Assembly (NCBI GenBank): GCA_051294375.1 | Contig: CM119268.1 | Location: forward strand, 4,302,250-4,366,249 | From: Paraspadella gotoi | Taxonomy: Eukaryota > Animalia > Chaetognatha | Direction: 5' to 3' | DNA: 64,000 nucleotides | Shown: positions 61,450 through 64,000 of the stretch, piece by piece | How the letters are laid out: the number at the start of each line of letters is the position of its first letter | Numbering within the stretch: position 1 is the stretch's first letter | Translations under genes and position numbers: made by a program | The notes under the pieces: model-generated | The model's input: only the letters and a program-made list of their open reading frames with translations | Told to the model about the DNA's origin: nothing | Database searches by the model: none

Positions 61450-64000
61450 TAAGAAAGGGGGCTTGGGGGGGGGGATGGGTGGTAGGGGGGAAAAGAGGAG
61501 AGGGGAGTTTGGAAAGAACGATGCTCTAAGCAGACATGGAATGGGATGGGAATGGTTGGAAATGGAATGAGTTAAAGAAATGGAGTGAAATAAAATAAAA
61601 CAGATGATGAATGAGAGAAAACAAAAGATTTTAAAATAAGTTTAAAGGAGAAGAGAAATAGAGAAATATGAATTAATATAATATATACTTTATAATAATA
61701 AACAATAAAACGCGAATCGATCAGGTTAAGGGAAAGAGATAAAATACAATAGAGACAAGGACTCTCTCTAAAAGCGCAAAAAAAAAAAACAGTCTTAGTG
61801 TTCAAGAATATTATACAATTTTTTTTTTCTTAATTAAAAAACTGTTCATGTTTTTTCTTAGTTATAATCTTTTTATTTAAATTTAGTTTAGTAGCTTCCG
61901 ATGTTTCAAATTTCTTCCACCCCAAAAAAATATTTTAACAGGTGAATTCACATTTTCTATCGCAAATTAAGTTTCTTTTTTACTTTTTTCGAACAAAAGA
62001 AAAAAAGTAATAAATTGATTTTTCTTACCCCTAAATATTGTGTTACGTTTTTTTTTCTTTCTTGTCAAAATACTTTTGCCTTGAACAATGTTTAAATACA
62101 TGATTCATTCTCGATAACAAAATGGGTGAAAAAAAATCTATCTTAATTCTCGTGATCTTCTAAGAGAAAGAGGAGACGATCGGATGAAAACTGAACGCAC
62201 GACGGACTGATGACGATACGATGAGAGATTAATGAGTTGAAGAAAATTTGATGCATGATATGATGAGATGATGATGATGATGATGATGAATGATGAGTGA
62301 TGGATGATGATGATGATTAGGCTTAACTTAAACTTAAAACCCTCCATTCCTTTTCCATTTCGTCGCCTCAGATTTGATTAATAAATCTGTTACGTAATAT
62401 GATCAATATATTTAATCGGGAGGAAATTTTTTTCAAGCTTTCCCCCTCTATCCTTTTTCCCCAACTGATCTTATTGTTCCCTTACTAACGCAAAGGATAT
62501 TCCGTTTCTCTGGCGATCACAGCGACATCTGTAAAATTTCGATTATGTATTAAATATATACTTAAGTACAAGTTTCCGAGGCAGTGCGTGGAGGGCCTGA
62601 TTGGTTGCCGCCGTTCGATAGATCCTCAGTCCTGATTTAATCGGACGTGTAGCCTTTCATAATTCACGTTAGTCTCACACTGCGTTTGCTACTTTTTAAT
62701 AAGTTTTCTACAATTCGCATATAATATTCTCGGAAACACGTTTTTTAATAATAAGTTTTTGTGATCGCTGGCATTGGTGGACTTCTTTGTGATAGAGGAA
62801 CATTTTAACAATTTCTGGCTTCAGAAACAAGTAAGAGAATCTCTTAAAAATTTATAATATAATTTACTGAGTGTGTATTAAATGTTTGTTCCCTTTGTCG
62901 CAGGATTTCTAACTTGTTAGCTTCGAGAGATCCCCTGGATTCGCATCGACTTGATCGTTCCCGCCTGCGTCGACGATCATTTTGCCGAGATCTTTGTTCG
63001 TCAGCCATCTTGAGTAGTGGACCCGGTGCCAAGATCGTCTCTTCTTCTGCGCCAATCTTTCAACTCGAATTCCTCTACTTTGATAGCGCAGGAATTAGTT
63101 GTCAGGAAAGTTAGCGAATCAACGATAGCGCACGCTCTACGACTCAGTTCGTTTACATTAGAAATCCTTCGTTTGCGGATCGCCTTAGTTCAAGCGTTTC
63201 GTCGAAGTTTGCTCTAATCTCGGAGAAATTTCTTTCGGGTTTCACCGAGAGAAGTAACTCACCAGGCGTCGGTCTCTGGGTGCCGAGACGAATCGACGTT
63301 TCCAATCATCGAGGAACTAGTCTATTCCTTTCGACGGACGTAAGGGTCTAGCGTGCCTTGTGTACAGACTTGCCGACGAGGAACCCTGAACTAGCGACGA
63401 GATCCGACGATCTCTACGGGTATTACTTTCGGTTGGTATAAATTCGCGTCGCTCACTTCTCGATACATGCAGTGAGATTGAAGTTCGTCTCGGATTCGTT
63501 TTATTCTTGCAAAATTCGCGCACGACGGCTGCAATACGTCGTCGTGAAAACTTTCTCTGTGATTTCTAACGCCGCTACGATTCCATCGGCGGCGACGAAT
63601 CAGGATTGTGGAAGAATATAAGCGCGCCAGTGTTATCATTAGCGCGTCGAAGCTCGAGTGTCGAAAACCTTCTAAGGACTTCCCCCTTTTCGGCGTTTCT
63701 TCGTTGACGTTACTGTTACGTTTGTAAGAGAAATCGGGATCGCTTAAGTTCAGTGAAAGAGAGAATATCGATTACTCGCGAACGTTCGACAAACTAATTT
63801 CCAGAACCCCAATTAACCTTTCCGAATAATCGTGACTAAGCCTTCTTCAAAGCGGGGACATGGCTCATTTCCCTGCGAGCCGTACCCTTAACGAATGCCA
63901 ACGGTCTTTCTTCAATGGCCTCAACGTCGAAGAAGCGGTCGAGGCGCATTCGGTCCTCGTTTGAACCGCGCAAAAGGCCACCCGACGCATAGAAACAACG
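61450..64000. repeat. Inverted duplicate of ~57010-59520
   Basis: For example, 61481-61523 is the reverse complement of 59460-59502, and the window end matches ~57010-57050. Collinear throughout with dense indels. Confidence 0.92.

Overview
Repeat-rich invertebrate (metazoan) genomic DNA from a noisy, gapped assembly. The main gene is the 3' half of an NMDA-type glutamate receptor GluN1 subunit (GRIN1/Nmdar1) on the minus strand (~17.9-59.7 kb). I reconstructed it by eye from 13 exons: M2-M3, S2 ligand-binding lobe, M4 and a long candidate C-terminal tail. The M1 exon appears only in an inverted, error-rich copy at the window end. The receptor is atypical: two loop insertions in S2 (one bracketed by two extra Cys), an Ala at the glycine-contacting Ser688 position (GluD-like S-A-V), a GC-AG intron, and a ~350-aa low-complexity tail. 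A 32-kb intron that splits SYTANL/AAF holds a Gag-only BEL/Pao LTR element with both LTRs, a frameshifted full BEL/Pao gag-pol element with an unexplained ~6 kb 3' extension, a Helentron/DINE-like element and a Tc1/mariner MITE. Several near-identical duplications and inversions next to N gaps are most likely assembly or haplotype artefacts. I see no prokaryote-type system (CRISPR, operon). All homology calls are from recalled motifs, not database searches.
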